Shown here one piece after another: positions 24,313 to 36,131 of a DNA stretch of 64,000 nucleotides. The notes beneath the pieces were generated by a model. The model worked only from the letters and a program-made list of their open reading frames with translations, made no database searches and was not told the DNA's origin. The position numbers and the translations under genes were made by a program. The stretch comes from Tubiluchus corallicola (lineage: Eukaryota; Animalia; Priapulida), in the NCBI GenBank assembly GCA_030141605.1, contig JAQGDQ010000280.1, forward strand, positions 233,321 through 297,320, read 5' to 3'. Each line of letters opens with the position of its first letter. The stretch's first letter is position 1.

Positions 24313-27290
24313 AGATTTTAGATTTTTTTTTAGATTTTTATAGATTTATTTCGCAATAAACATATACATTACATGTGCAACGATAATCAGTTTTTGTTAA
24401 TACAAAAATATGATACAGTTCATGAATTCTGCGCTAGAGACCTAAGAAGCTAGCTTATGGTAGGCTACTAGAATTAGTGACGAAAAAAATTACAATATAT
24501 ACAAATATAAATATGGGTGGGAAGTAATAAAAATATTATTATACTAGAGGGGAAGTTTTTGAAAATGAAAAACAACAAATCATGATTGAGTGATCAGTTA
24601 TATGTTTCAAGTAAATTTAATTTATAATTTTTTTTAAATATGGACAGCAAGTTGGCATTTTTAATAGCTGGAGCAATTGAATTCCATATGTAAGGGCCAT
24701 TGCATTTAATAGAAAATTTTCTACCATTTGTGTTGCACTGTATGTAGTGATAGTTAAGTCTATAACGTGTGCCGTAATTATGTATCTCAGAATTCAAACA
24801 AAAATAATCAGTAAATAAGGGAGGCAATAATTTATGAGAGAATTTGTACATGAAAATGGCTGTTTGGAACTTATTAATGTCATGAATGTTTAAAAAGTGT
24901 AGTCTTTTAAATATTGGCGGTGTATGGTCCTGATAACCGGCAAATGTTATAGCTCGAACTATTTTCTTCTGAATCAGATGAATTTTTTTCACTCGACTGG
25001 TGTATGTGCTTCCCCAACTAAAGTTTGAATTAATAAGATATGGTAAAAAAGATAATTATATAATAATACAAGTACTGATTTAGGCAATATGTGTCTAACT
25101 CTGTATATAATACCTATGGTTTTTGAGATTTTGCTTTCGATAAATCTAAGATGTTCTTGCCAAGTTAGGTGTTCATCTATGATGATGCCAAAGAACTTAG
25201 TATATTTTACTTGATCTATTGGGACTTCATCGATTTTAACCGCGAGATTTCTAGGGATTCTTTTATTTTTATTTGTGAATACAATGAATTTGGTTTTTTC
25301 AATATTCAGTGATAACTTATTAGCTTTAAACCAGGTGGAGAGGTGTACAAGTTCTTGGTTTACAGTGTTTATCATTGATTCATAGTTTGAGTGATTATAG
25401 AATATGTTAGTATCATCGGCAAATAAAATGAAGTCTAGCAGAGTGGAGACATTGTGGAGATCATTAATATAGAGAAGAAAAAGCAATGGACCTAAGATTG
25501 AGCCTTGGGGGACACCATAATTGATTTGCTTCAAAGAAGAAAATGTGTTTTCAATTAGTACGGATTGTTTTCTGTTGTGTAATAACTTGTAAACCACTGT
25601 AAAGGTAGACCTCTGACACCATAGTTGTTTAATTTATCTAAGAGTATTTGATGGTCAATAGTATCAAAGGCCTTAGATAAATCAATAAAAATACCTATTG
25701 TAAATTCATTATTGTCAATTGCATTTGATATTAAATCAAGAAGTTCAAGTAGAGCAATGTAAGTGGAGTGGTTTTGTCTAAAGCCTAGTTGTTTGTTATA
25801 TAATATATTGTTTTTTTAATGAAACTTAGTAGTCTATTATACATTAGTCTTTCAAGAATTTTGGAAAAACAGGGAAGAATTGAAATGGGTCTATAATTTT
25901 GAAACTGGGACTTATCACCAGTTTTAAAAATTTGATTAACCTTAGCTATTTTCAGAGAGTCTGGGACTATACCTGTTGAAAATGACTTGTTAAACATATA
26001 AAGTAGAGCTTCAGCAATACAGTTGATGGATTTTTTAAGGATAATTTGTGATTGATCATCATACCCTGTACTGTTTTTTTTTAAATTATTTGCCACATTT
26101 AATAGCTCCGTTTTGTCATTTGGAAGCAACTGCATTGAATTCCTACATGCATTTGGTAAGTATGAAAAATATGATGTATTTGTAGTTGGAATTTTTCCTG
26201 CTAGAGTTGATCCTACATCTACAAAATAGTTATTAAAGCCATCCGATATTTCTTTTGATGTCATTGGGTTATGATGTGATTTTTTGAAATGTGACTGTTC
26301 TATATGAGAAGTATCTTTTTTATTAATAGCTAAATTTATGATTTTCCACGTTTTTCTCATGTTATTCATATTACTTTTAATTGTATTGGCATAATAATCT
26401 TTTTCGGCTTTTCTTAGTATTGACGTTAGGTTATTTCTATAAGTTTTATAATGGTCAATGTTCAGATCAGTAGGGTTTTTTAATTTTAGCTTATATAATT
26501 TATTTTTGTGTTTAATTGAGTGTATCAAGCCGCTTGTTAGCCAAGGTTTATTTAACGTCCGTGGCTTTACTATTTTTGTGACTAGTGGAAAGCTTTCATT
26601 GTAAATATTGTAGTAATCTTTAAAGAAGGATTGAAATGCCGAGTCAGGGTTTTGTATGCAAAAGATTTGGGACCAGTCATGGGATGCTAGTTTGGACTTG
26701 AAGTCTGCGATGGTGCTATCATTAAAGATTCTAAATTTTGAAACTATTGGTTTTGAATGAAGTGCCTCTTTTAAGCTAGTTACTGAATAAATAGGAAAAT
26801 GGTCAGACATATCACTGTAGAGAATGCCCTAGTTTAGATTGTCATTTGACACACAGTTTGTAAATATGTTATCGATTAAAGTTGCTGAGTAAGTAGTAAT
26901 TCTTGTTGGTTTGGTGATTATGGGATACAATGAATGACTAAGTAGGCAATTGAGAAAAGATTCAGTTCCTTCGTGCGAGTCACAGTTAAGCAAGTTTAAG
27001 TTGAAATCGCCGCAGATAAAGATGTGCTTGTTTTCATTAATTATTTTAGAGAGAAGGTTATCTAAACCATCAAGAAATACTGGGATACTGGTACCCGGAG
27101 GCCTGTATAACACTCCAACTAAAATATTTTTTGTAACTTCTTGGGTAATTTCAACAATCAGTGATTCACAGGTTTGTTCATGGAAACAGTCTAAGTCATT
27201 ACGAGGTTTACTGTTTAAATCATCCTTTATATACAGGGAAACCCCTCCACCACCTGTTTGTGATAATCCGTTTGGCCTAAAATGCTGTAA
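24313..27290 (-). mobile_element. CR1/L2-group (Crack/Daphne-like) LINE ORF2 (endonuclease, RT, C-terminus) plus 3' tail, frameshifted
   Basis: GGVSLYIK, YRPPG, GDFN, PTRIT..ATLIDNIF, SDHFPI, NYRPISILPCFSKILE, DLSKAFD, GVPQGSILGPLLF, FADDT; tail aataaatctataaaaatctaaaaaaaaatct on its sense strand. Confidence 0.93.
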
Positions 27291-28490
27291 ATGTGTTTAT
27301 GTCAGGATGGCAAGATTATCACTACAACACTGGTGCTAACACACCATAAATACTTAAAGAAACAGCAAGTTTTATTTGATCTAAGGCTGTGGGTCCCTGG
27401 CGAGCTTCCTTAACGTGAGAATCTAACATTATCAGAACAGATAGACAAACGACCAATTAGCTATAAACTCAATATTATTTCAACATAAGAAAAACACATT
27501 TGAGAAATAGTAAACAAATATATACTACAAATTATAGTTTAGCTACTGTCTTTAATTTTTACGCGAGATTTTTAAGTTGTACCACAAACACCATAAACTG
27601 TACTTATCGTGAGTCTCTGTGCACACGTTGGCTAGCTAGCTTAACCTCGTCACTGTCGCTGTCGACGGCGGCGTGTACTGGAACACTCTGACGGCAGGCT
27701 TCCCAAACGGTAACTTCAGGGTCAGACAATTAGGTGACAGCAGGCGTGGCATTAACTCCATCAACTGAGGAATGCGCTGTATCAAGTCCGGCGTATCTGA
27801 AGACACTGACAGGAAGACTGACCACAGGCTGGTTCTCTGAGAACTACCAATAGTCCATTTCACGACCTGGTCTCCTCCACCATAAGTGACAAAGTCTCTA
27901 GGGGCTTCCTAAATGATGGAGAGCCCGGGATCACAAAGACTGAGACTAACCATTGTAAAAGTACTCTGTTTCTGCTTAGGAAATGCCATTAATAAATGCA
28001 ATATTATCCTTTAAACCAAGAATTGATAAAACTCAAGTAGAGTAACCATATTGCAAAGCCACACTTTTCACAACCTGCTCTGTGATCTCGTTTTCCCAGG
28101 TAAAACCTGTTTGCTCTAAGCTGAATGGCTGCATATCATGTAAAGGTTGGCTCATCACCTAAATCTGACCAATCAAACAGGTTATAAAGAGTAGCAGCTG
28201 TGAATGTCCTATTTATCATCACTCAGGATTGGTGGTCAAACTTTCCAAATAAGGAAGTACACCTGTCAATTCATGTCCCTGGTTTCTTTCTTTGATAAAC
28301 AAAGTTGGCAGTAGATGTCACTACTATAGTAGCCTGAGAGATAATAATTACATAGATAAACAAAATAAAATTTTCACTTAGCACTACAAAATTAAACTTA
28401 TTGGCACTACTCCGCTTAACTTAGCAAACCTAATTGTAGAAATTTAATTAGTACGATAAAATGAGAACACTATTGTATTGAGCTGTCACA

Positions 28491-30192
28491 CTGTTCTCTG
28501 TTTGCTGGTTTTTGAGTAGTGATTATAATGCTTTATTGAGAATTCATCTTTATTCTGATCATTAAGCCAGGTTTCTGTAAAACCATTCAACGTGGACAGT
28601 AAATTATGTGACAAAAGTTCTTTGACATGCTTCTACAGTTACGATCGAATATCGAAAGCTGAGTATCCCTGGTGTTCGTGTTTGTGTTAGATTTTATTTT
28701 AGAAGTATTTAGGTTGATATCTGTGGTATAGTCACGCTTTAATCTACCAATTCTGTTATAGAAGTTTAGGTCTGGATCTAAATCTGCATATTGTGAAGAC
28801 AATAATCTTTCATTATGATCAAATGGATTTAGATGTAATCCATTAAGTTGTAATGTAACTGAATCGGGTAAATCGATCAGGTCAATAGCATTTTTGAATT
28901 GCATTTCATTTTCTATATTATTGAAGGGCAATATATCTGCAAGACAGTTTGTACATTACCACGAATCTACACTAGTTAAAACACTGTCTTGCTCTGCCGT
29001 TAGATTAGCACAAACCAAGTGTGCCAATCTCCACAAATGCTACATAACATACCTTTGTGATTATTCTGTACCTTATTAAAACATATTGAACAATTATCAT
29101 TTTGATTATTAGTGATCATAGTAGTTATTGAACGTTATTACCAGATAATCATTTCACCTATGCTTGGTACTTCGGGCAGGTTTTGCTTCTGGCCTCGTGG
29201 TGCCCCCTTGCAATTGGAGCACTTCTTTTCGTTGGAGTCACAGTCTGATGTATTGTGCTTGCAAGAGCAGATACCGCACATCACAGTTCTGTTACACCAT
29301 TTTGAGACGTGACCAAAATTTTGGCACTTGAAGCAGCGTAGCGGTTTTGGCTTGGTGACAAACTGTTCCACACCACAAATTAGGTGACCGATGGCTATTC
29401 CTTTCCTTTTGGCTTCATTCAACATGTCTGCACTACTGAATTTCACTTTTACAAGAGTCGTTGGTTTACCACTTTTGAACTTGAAACGTTCTATAGCTGC
29501 ATCGCAATCAAATTGCTGGACGTCATGCAGGACTTCATCCTCTGTCATGCTGGGATCACAATCTCGTAGGAGACCCCAGAATTGGTTCTTAGGTTTTCTC
29601 GCATTTGTATTGTCACCTAGAAAACATGGCTGCCATTTCTGAAGAATGTCGTTTGCTGTTTCGATGTCCGGAAGTTGCAGTTGGATTTTTCCAGTTGCCG
29701 TCCTGAAAGCTAATCAAAACGAGTTCTAGAGAAACAGTGGCTAAGGTTCTTCTTTATAGACATGCTAGTTTTTGCGATGTCTTTATCATTAACGTTCTCA
29801 ATGAGTATTGTTCTGTCCGGGTCGTACAAATGCGACACACTTTGCTGGCTGGTATTTCTCGTGGTTTTCGCTGTAACTTGACCTAAGTTACGTGATACAG
29901 CGTCTGTGATTTTACTGATCATGAGTTCCTCTCGTGGAAGATCATCTTCGCTGTTGTTCAGCAGACGAATAATTTCGATCAACTTCTTGTTACTTTTCTC
30001 ATGGTTAATCATACTGCAGGCTATTGAAGATAACTCCCTAGAATAACCCAGTAAATCGTCATTTGCTAAATCAGCTTCGCTGCCCCAACTTCTACAAGAT
30101 ACAGAGATTTTTGGTAAAACAACATCACTTTCCGTTTGAGCTTGCGTAGACGGGGTGATCGGAGTCTGAATGTTTTGAATAGCATTTGTCAC
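28491..30192 (-). mobile_element. LINE 5' region: gag-like ORF1 with three CCHC-type knuckles, then PHD and endonuclease start of ORF2
   Basis: CFKCQNFGHVSKWC, CGICSCKHNTSDC, CSNCKG..H; CSICFNKV..NHKGMLCSICGDWH; DLDPDLNFY, NCRSMSKNF, GFTETWL. Confidence 0.85.
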
Positions 30193-31188
30193 AGGTAATT
30201 GCTATTACTTTTCTTTGCTTGACTAGCCCATTAGATTTCCTGCAGAATTGGAAACTATTTCTGGTGTTTAACGTAGCACTGGACTGACTCGCGTCGTTGG
30301 TATCTGACGTATCATTAGCTAATTAGCCGGAATAGTTGTGATGATCTTGTTTTGCTGGTTCCAGGCACAGCACGTCAGCAGAGATGACCAAATTTCCCGC
30401 CAAAACTCGATGTGTGACCAAAAGATATTTAGTTTTTTACAGAAAACATGATAACGCCTTGCTGTAATTTGATTATAGATGGCACTATTGTTTTCCTGGT
30501 AACTTTACAATTCTGCTAATACCAGTTTATACTAAGGATTCGCAGGAAAAAACACACAATTCTGTAATTTTGTGAGACACGAAAATAACATGACCGTAAC
30601 AGTCATTGCACACAACCCAACAACGAATAATTTTGCTACACAACTGATGCCCAGTGTACAATTATAATATGACTATAGTTAAATTGCATTGATTCACAGT
30701 CAAATTTACTGTGAACTACACAAAGCAGCCATTGCTGATAAACATAATTTATTCATCAGACATCACAAATGGATAAATACATAACGATCCTCCGCTCTAG
30801 ATATAAACTAGCTTCAAAATAAAGTTAACACATTTAAGAAAAATTAACAAAAGATGCCTTCTGAAATGTGCAATACAACTTCAATGCACAATGAATACAC
30901 CACTGTGAGCTTACATAGAATTAGATATTATTTAACTTGTTTGATTCTCTCAAACCATATAAATTTACGCAGTTAAGTAATTTGGGGAAAACCCATCAAA
31001 CAACCAGAGTAATATGTACTGAATTGAACATATTAACTGAACATAACTATAATGAATTGCGACAACTAAACTGGCTTCCTGTTCACAATGTCACTCACTT
31101 GGTACTCATTTGTAGTAGCACTTTTAGCTGTACCAAGATTATACAAGGAACTAACATGAACCACATCAGCACAATCATTATCGCTGCA

Positions 31189-32091
31189 CTAATTACTGTC
31201 TGGATTAACAATATTGGTATTTCCAGGTGCCCTTTTTCCTTGAGCACGTCCACTTCTACACCCCTTTGCAATACACACAATTTTTGAACATTTATAACAT
31301 TTGGCGTTCCTAAACTCACACCTCCATGCCTCATGCGCACCCAAACACCGACCGCATTTACTTGAAACATGCGGTTTATTTACAATCATTGGGTAACTAG
31401 GTTTTACCAATTTCTTTCTCAAATTTTTACCTCTTCCAGTTTAGTTTACCTCGGATGAACCATATCCGCTGCCACAAAGTGTACTTGTGTCTTGTGTAGC
31501 TGCCTCCATATTTAATGCTATCTCCCTATCTGTGTTCCACGTTAAATCAGAACTTTCCAATAATTTCTTTTGTATTGCTCCAGTGCGAAGCCTACACACA
31601 AAAGTGTCACGCAAGTTGTCAGACAGCTCTTGAGCTGAAAATTCGCAATATATACTGCATTTCTGTAGTTCTACAATATATTCCGCAATAGATTCACCTT
31701 CACGCTGTTTTCTGTCACGAAGTCTTAGTCTCTCAGCTATCTTATTACGGCGTGGTTTATAATAATCCGATAATTTATTTATCAGTTCCACATAAGTTTT
31801 TGTATTCACCGGATCTGGCGTTACAAGAGAGGACACTAAGCTAAACGCTTCCGGACCAATTAATGACAAGAAAACATCTACCTTCTGTTGGTCATTAATA
31901 TTATTCGCTCTCATCCACGCTTCTAACCGCTGCTGGTAGTTACACCAATCTTCCTTACTGGAATTAAACTCGTTGACGGACCAATTAATGACAAGAATGG
32001 CATGTAAATCATCAATGGCATATTGAAGCTGTTCAGATTCAAAATCTGGATCATCACAAATTGCAGTAACACTATTTATTGCTCTTGGCAA
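31189..32091 (-). mobile_element. Ty3/Gypsy gag fragment
   Basis: EDWCNYQQRLE, FLSLIGPEAF, AERLRLRDRKQREGESIAEYIVELQK, LRDTFVC, IQKKLL; knuckles CGRCLGAH..C and CYKCSK. Confidence 0.9.
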
Positions 32092-32192
32092 CTGCTCATC
32101 AGCATTTTAGTATATATCCAATTGTTCTGAATTAACTTGTTCTACATCTGACATATTTACAAGATTAGTAATAGTACTTCCTGTTTCCAATC

Positions 32193-32616
32193 TGGGTATA
32201 TATATGTATATATTATATATATGTGTGTGTGTGTGTATATATATATGTATACATTATGTATTTGTGTGTGGGTGTGGGTATATATATATTTGTATATATT
32301 ATATATATATGTGTGTGTGTGGATGTGGGTATATATATATATGTATATGTTGTATATATGTGTATGGGTGTGGGTATATATATATATGTGTGTGCGTGGA
32401 TGTGGGTATATATATATATATGTGTGTGGGTGTGGGTATATATATATATGTGTGTGCGTGGATGTGGGTATATATATATATATATATATACATGTGTGTG
32501 GGTGTGGGTATATATATATGTATATATTATATATATATATATGTGTGTGCGTGGATGTGGGTATATATATATATATGCATGTGGGTGTGGGTATATATAT
32601 ATGTGTATGGGTGTGG

Positions 32617-32650
<34 letters not shown>

Positions 32651-32809
32651 TATATATGTGTGTGTGGATGTGGGTATATATATGTGTGTGGGTGTGGGTA
32701 TATATATGTATACATTATGTATATGTGTGTGGGTGTGGGTATATATATATGTATATATTATATATATGTGTGTGGGTGTGGGTATATATATATATATATG
32801 TATATATTG

Positions 32810-32841
<32 letters not shown>

Positions 32842-32955
32842 TGGATGTGGGTATATATATATATATATATATATATGCATTTGGGTGTGGGTATATATAT
32901 ATGCGTGTGGGTGTGGGTATATATATACGTATATGTTATATATATGTGTATGTGT
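32193..32955. repeat. Compound (TA)n/(TG)n minisatellite with gggtgtggg/ggatgtggg cores
   Basis: ~760 bp of tgggtgtgggtatatatatatgtg variants. Confidence 0.97.
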
Positions 32956-33616
32956 CTGTTATATATCACAAATTACAAGAAATCACAAAACATATATCGG
33001 AGTGAATGCTGGTAATGCGACACATGATTTATTGTAAATTTCATCCTACAAGATCCCTTGCAAGGACAGACTTCGCGCTGTTTTCCCATTTCCATGTTAA
33101 CCGTGAAGATAGCGTGCTTGTGTATTGCGTTCTCTTTTTCTTGACGTGTTTTCAGCCATTCCAAGATCTTGTGTCTGAAATGTTTTTAATACATCTTTCT
33201 CAGTACATGACGATTAATTCATGTCCGATAGGATGTATGTCCGCTGCTTCAAGTTCTCTGCAAAAAATACACAAACACATTACATTACACAGCTACACCA
33301 AATTTATACATGCTGTTATTATGGAAGCATGTTATCTGATAAACAAAAGATTTTATAACCATAACGATGACATCACAGAAGTTAGATAGAGTTTTAAGTA
33401 CTGCAGTAACTACACATTGTTTCATTTCATTGTAAATATTATTTGCATCACCTCTTATACCATGAAATTTCTGTACTGTGTATATTGCCCAGTTTGAGTT
33501 TGGATAACTGCACAGTTTGAGTTTGGATAACTGCACATTTTAATTTTTGTCTATGACGATGTCCAGCGGAATTCGATTTCTGCTCCATCCATAAAAATCC
33601 AGTTTTTTTGGCAGAG

Positions 33617-34160
33617 TATGACCTCATGATATATTATGTTTCTATGAGGTCATACACATGAGTAGATTATGAGCTCGGTCTAACGGCATAATTATGACCA
33701 CTTTATGAGCTCACTATGACCTCATGATTATTATGTTTCTATGAGGTCATACACATGAGTAAATTATGAGCTGAGTTTGACATCATAATTATTACCATTT
33801 TATGAGCTCACTATGACCCCATGATCATGATGCTTTTGTGACATCATACGCACAAGTAGATTATAAGCTCAGTCTCACGGCATAATTATGACCACTTTAT
33901 GAGCTCACTATGACCTAATGATTATGTATTTCTGTGAGGTCATACATATGAGTAGATAATGAGCTCAGTTTGACATCATAATTATGACCATTTTATGAGC
34001 TCACTATGACCTAATGATTATGTGTTTCTGTGAGCTCATACACATTAATAGATTATGAGCTCAGCTGACATCATGATTTTGACTACCATATGACCTCATA
34101 CTTATGAGTCAAATATGAGCATTTTATGATCTCATGTTGAGCTCATGTCTTGACTGGGGA
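33617..34160. repeat. ~97-bp tandem repeat (~5.5 units) with internal inverted repeats
   Basis: tatgacc starts at 33617, 33715, 33812, 33909, 34005 and 34089; units carry tatgacctcat...atgaggtcata and tgagctca palindromes. Confidence 0.92.
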
Positions 34161-34365
34161 TGCATCTCTTCTGAGTTCTCTACTGCATGTCAATCTCTTG
34201 GCTGTGGTTTGTGAACCTTTCAAGCCTATGTTTGTGTATGCTGTCGGTTTAAATGAAGGTGTTCATTCGTTGATCTTTTGCTGCTTTACTAAAACATAAT
34301 CTCCTAGCATTAATGTAATAATAATAACATAATTTATTAGCCTGACTTGTCATGAGGCTGTCTTT

Positions 34366-34437
34366 ACACAAGATTAGAGAAACAACTAAAATTTACAAAA
34401 CACACAAGATTACAGAAACAACTAAAATTTACAGAAC
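34366..34437. repeat. 36-bp tandem duplication at the inner arm end
   Basis: acacaagatta(g/c)agaaacaactaaaatttaca(a/g)aac twice; mirrored at 36133-36204. Confidence 0.9.
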
Positions 34438-34438
34438 A

Positions 34439-36131
34439 CGAATTACTAATGGCAAGTGAAAATAAGATTGTTTTTCATTTGAGATTTAAAATGTAAAAAT
34501 GATGGTTCCAAAGCTGTGAGGTGGCATAAGAAAATCATCAATGGAGAATAACCAATTCTTGGCACCTACAAATTGTTTAACTTACCTGATCTCAAGTGCC
34601 TTTATCTTTTGGTGCCCTTTACAGCAATGGCTTCCTGAGATTGCCAACACTTGACCTGCAATGTATTTGAGATGCAGATCTTTTATTTTATTAGATAAGG
34701 TCTCAGCAGTCTGCACTATTGACACAGTTATAATGCCAAAGTGCAGGCCAGCTATCTGACTCATTAAAATTGTTCAGCTTTTTCTCCTGCATCTTAGCAA
34801 TTATAATTACGAAAAATTAAAAATTTAGAACAAATGTAACTTCTTTGCTTCAAATTTTCATTAGAGATAATTAAGCAAATCTGATACCTATTCACAAAAA
34901 GAAAAATGCACGCATAAGAATAAACATAAATAGGTTCAGCTATTTCTATTGGTGTCTAATCGTAGTCTGGAGTACAGATCTAACCACAGCCTGGGGAAGA
35001 GATCTAACCACAGCCTGGGGAAGAGATCTAACCACAGCCTGGGGAACAGATCTAACCACAGCCTGGAGAACAGATCTGACCACAGCCTGGAGTACAGATC
35101 TAACCACAGCCTGGGGAACAGATCTAACCACAGCCTGGAGTACAGTTCTAACCACAGCCTGGGGAAGAGATCTGACCACAGTCTGGAGTACAGATCCAAC
35201 CACAGCCTGGGGAAGAGATCTGACCACAGTCTGGAGTACAGATCTAACCACAGCCTGGGGAAGAGATCTGACCACAGTCTGCAGTACAGATCTAACCACA
35301 GCCTGGGGAAGAGATCTGACCACAGTCTGCAGTACAGATCTAACCACAGCCTGGGGAAGAGATCTGACCACAGTCTGCAGTACAGATCTAACCACAGTCT
35401 GGGGAAGAGACCTGACCATAGACTGGAAAAAAAATCTGACCATAGTCTGATTCACAGAATAGAATAATGAATTCCCCAGTTTGGCTTGGGTCTAGACGTG
35501 TGCATTTCTGAGAACCATGTTTTTGACATTTTCAATAACAGTCATATTGGAACATAACCTGTTTTGTTCATCCATCTAACACCAAACTCGTTCACTCTAC
35601 AAAAACTACAATCACGGGTCACATGGCTATCATTAGTCTGTCTACTATACCTAGCCTAAATTTCTGGTCAAAGCTAGCTGTATTTTTGCTGTTAATTTTT
35701 ACTTGCTCATCAGTGTGTTGAGATTCTATATCCATGTATTAATCTTTGTTCATGCTTTCCAAACTTTTTGCTTTCCTAATAACTGCCTCTAACATTACTA
35801 CTTCTCCATACTGCTTGCAATTAAGTGATAATTCTACTCTTAACTTATCAGGACAAACTCATAACTAAGTTCTATAACTTTGTCACAACCTAACAAACCA
35901 TCACAACGACATACTGTAAAAGAACGTTGAAGGTTCACAATGATTCCTCGGCTTTTGCCACAAGTTTTTCACTGTAGTGTTCTGGTAACCGCTCCATATT
36001 TCCTCCATGTTTAGCGTGTTTGCTTGTGAGTTCCTTGTGCTTAGTTAACAAAACTGCAAGTTTTGCGAAATCAATTTTTTTTCAGTTGCTTACAGCATCA
36101 ATGTGCTTTGTCCTTTCAAATTTCCATTTCA
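34439..36131. other. Non-palindromic spacer (~1.7 kb) of the giant inverted repeat
   Basis: Complementarity breaks at 34439/36131 (a further 3 bp match to 34442/36128); spacer ORFs have no mirror partner. Confidence 0.95.
34952..35455. repeat. 24-bp minisatellite, ~21 units, partly 48-bp dimeric
   Basis: agatct(a/g)accacag(c/t)ctg(gggaag/gagtac/cagtac); translates as RSNHSLGK/RSDHSL(E/Q)Y octapeptides. Confidence 0.97.

Larger units (their letters stand above)
6565..34438 (+). repeat. Left arm of giant inverted repeat (>=27.9 kb)
   Basis: Nearly every ORF here has an opposite-strand twin with coordinate sum 70565-70571 (e.g. 25785..26810 vs 43760..44785; 7787..8455 vs 62115..62783). The window end gcgtgcaggact is the reverse complement of agtcctgcacgc at 6565. 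The true outer boundary cannot be seen. Confidence 0.99.

Noticed and set aside
32204-33037. 260-277 aa Y/I/C/V/G-rich ORFs (and mirrors at 37533-38366)
   Set aside because: Translations of the TA/TG minisatellite, open in all three frames.
34952-35455. 24-bp array as a CRISPR array or an RSNHSLGK-repeat protein gene
   Set aside because: No unique spacers, no cas genes and eukaryotic context; open frames follow trivially from a stop-free unit divisible by 3 and do not extend beyond the array.
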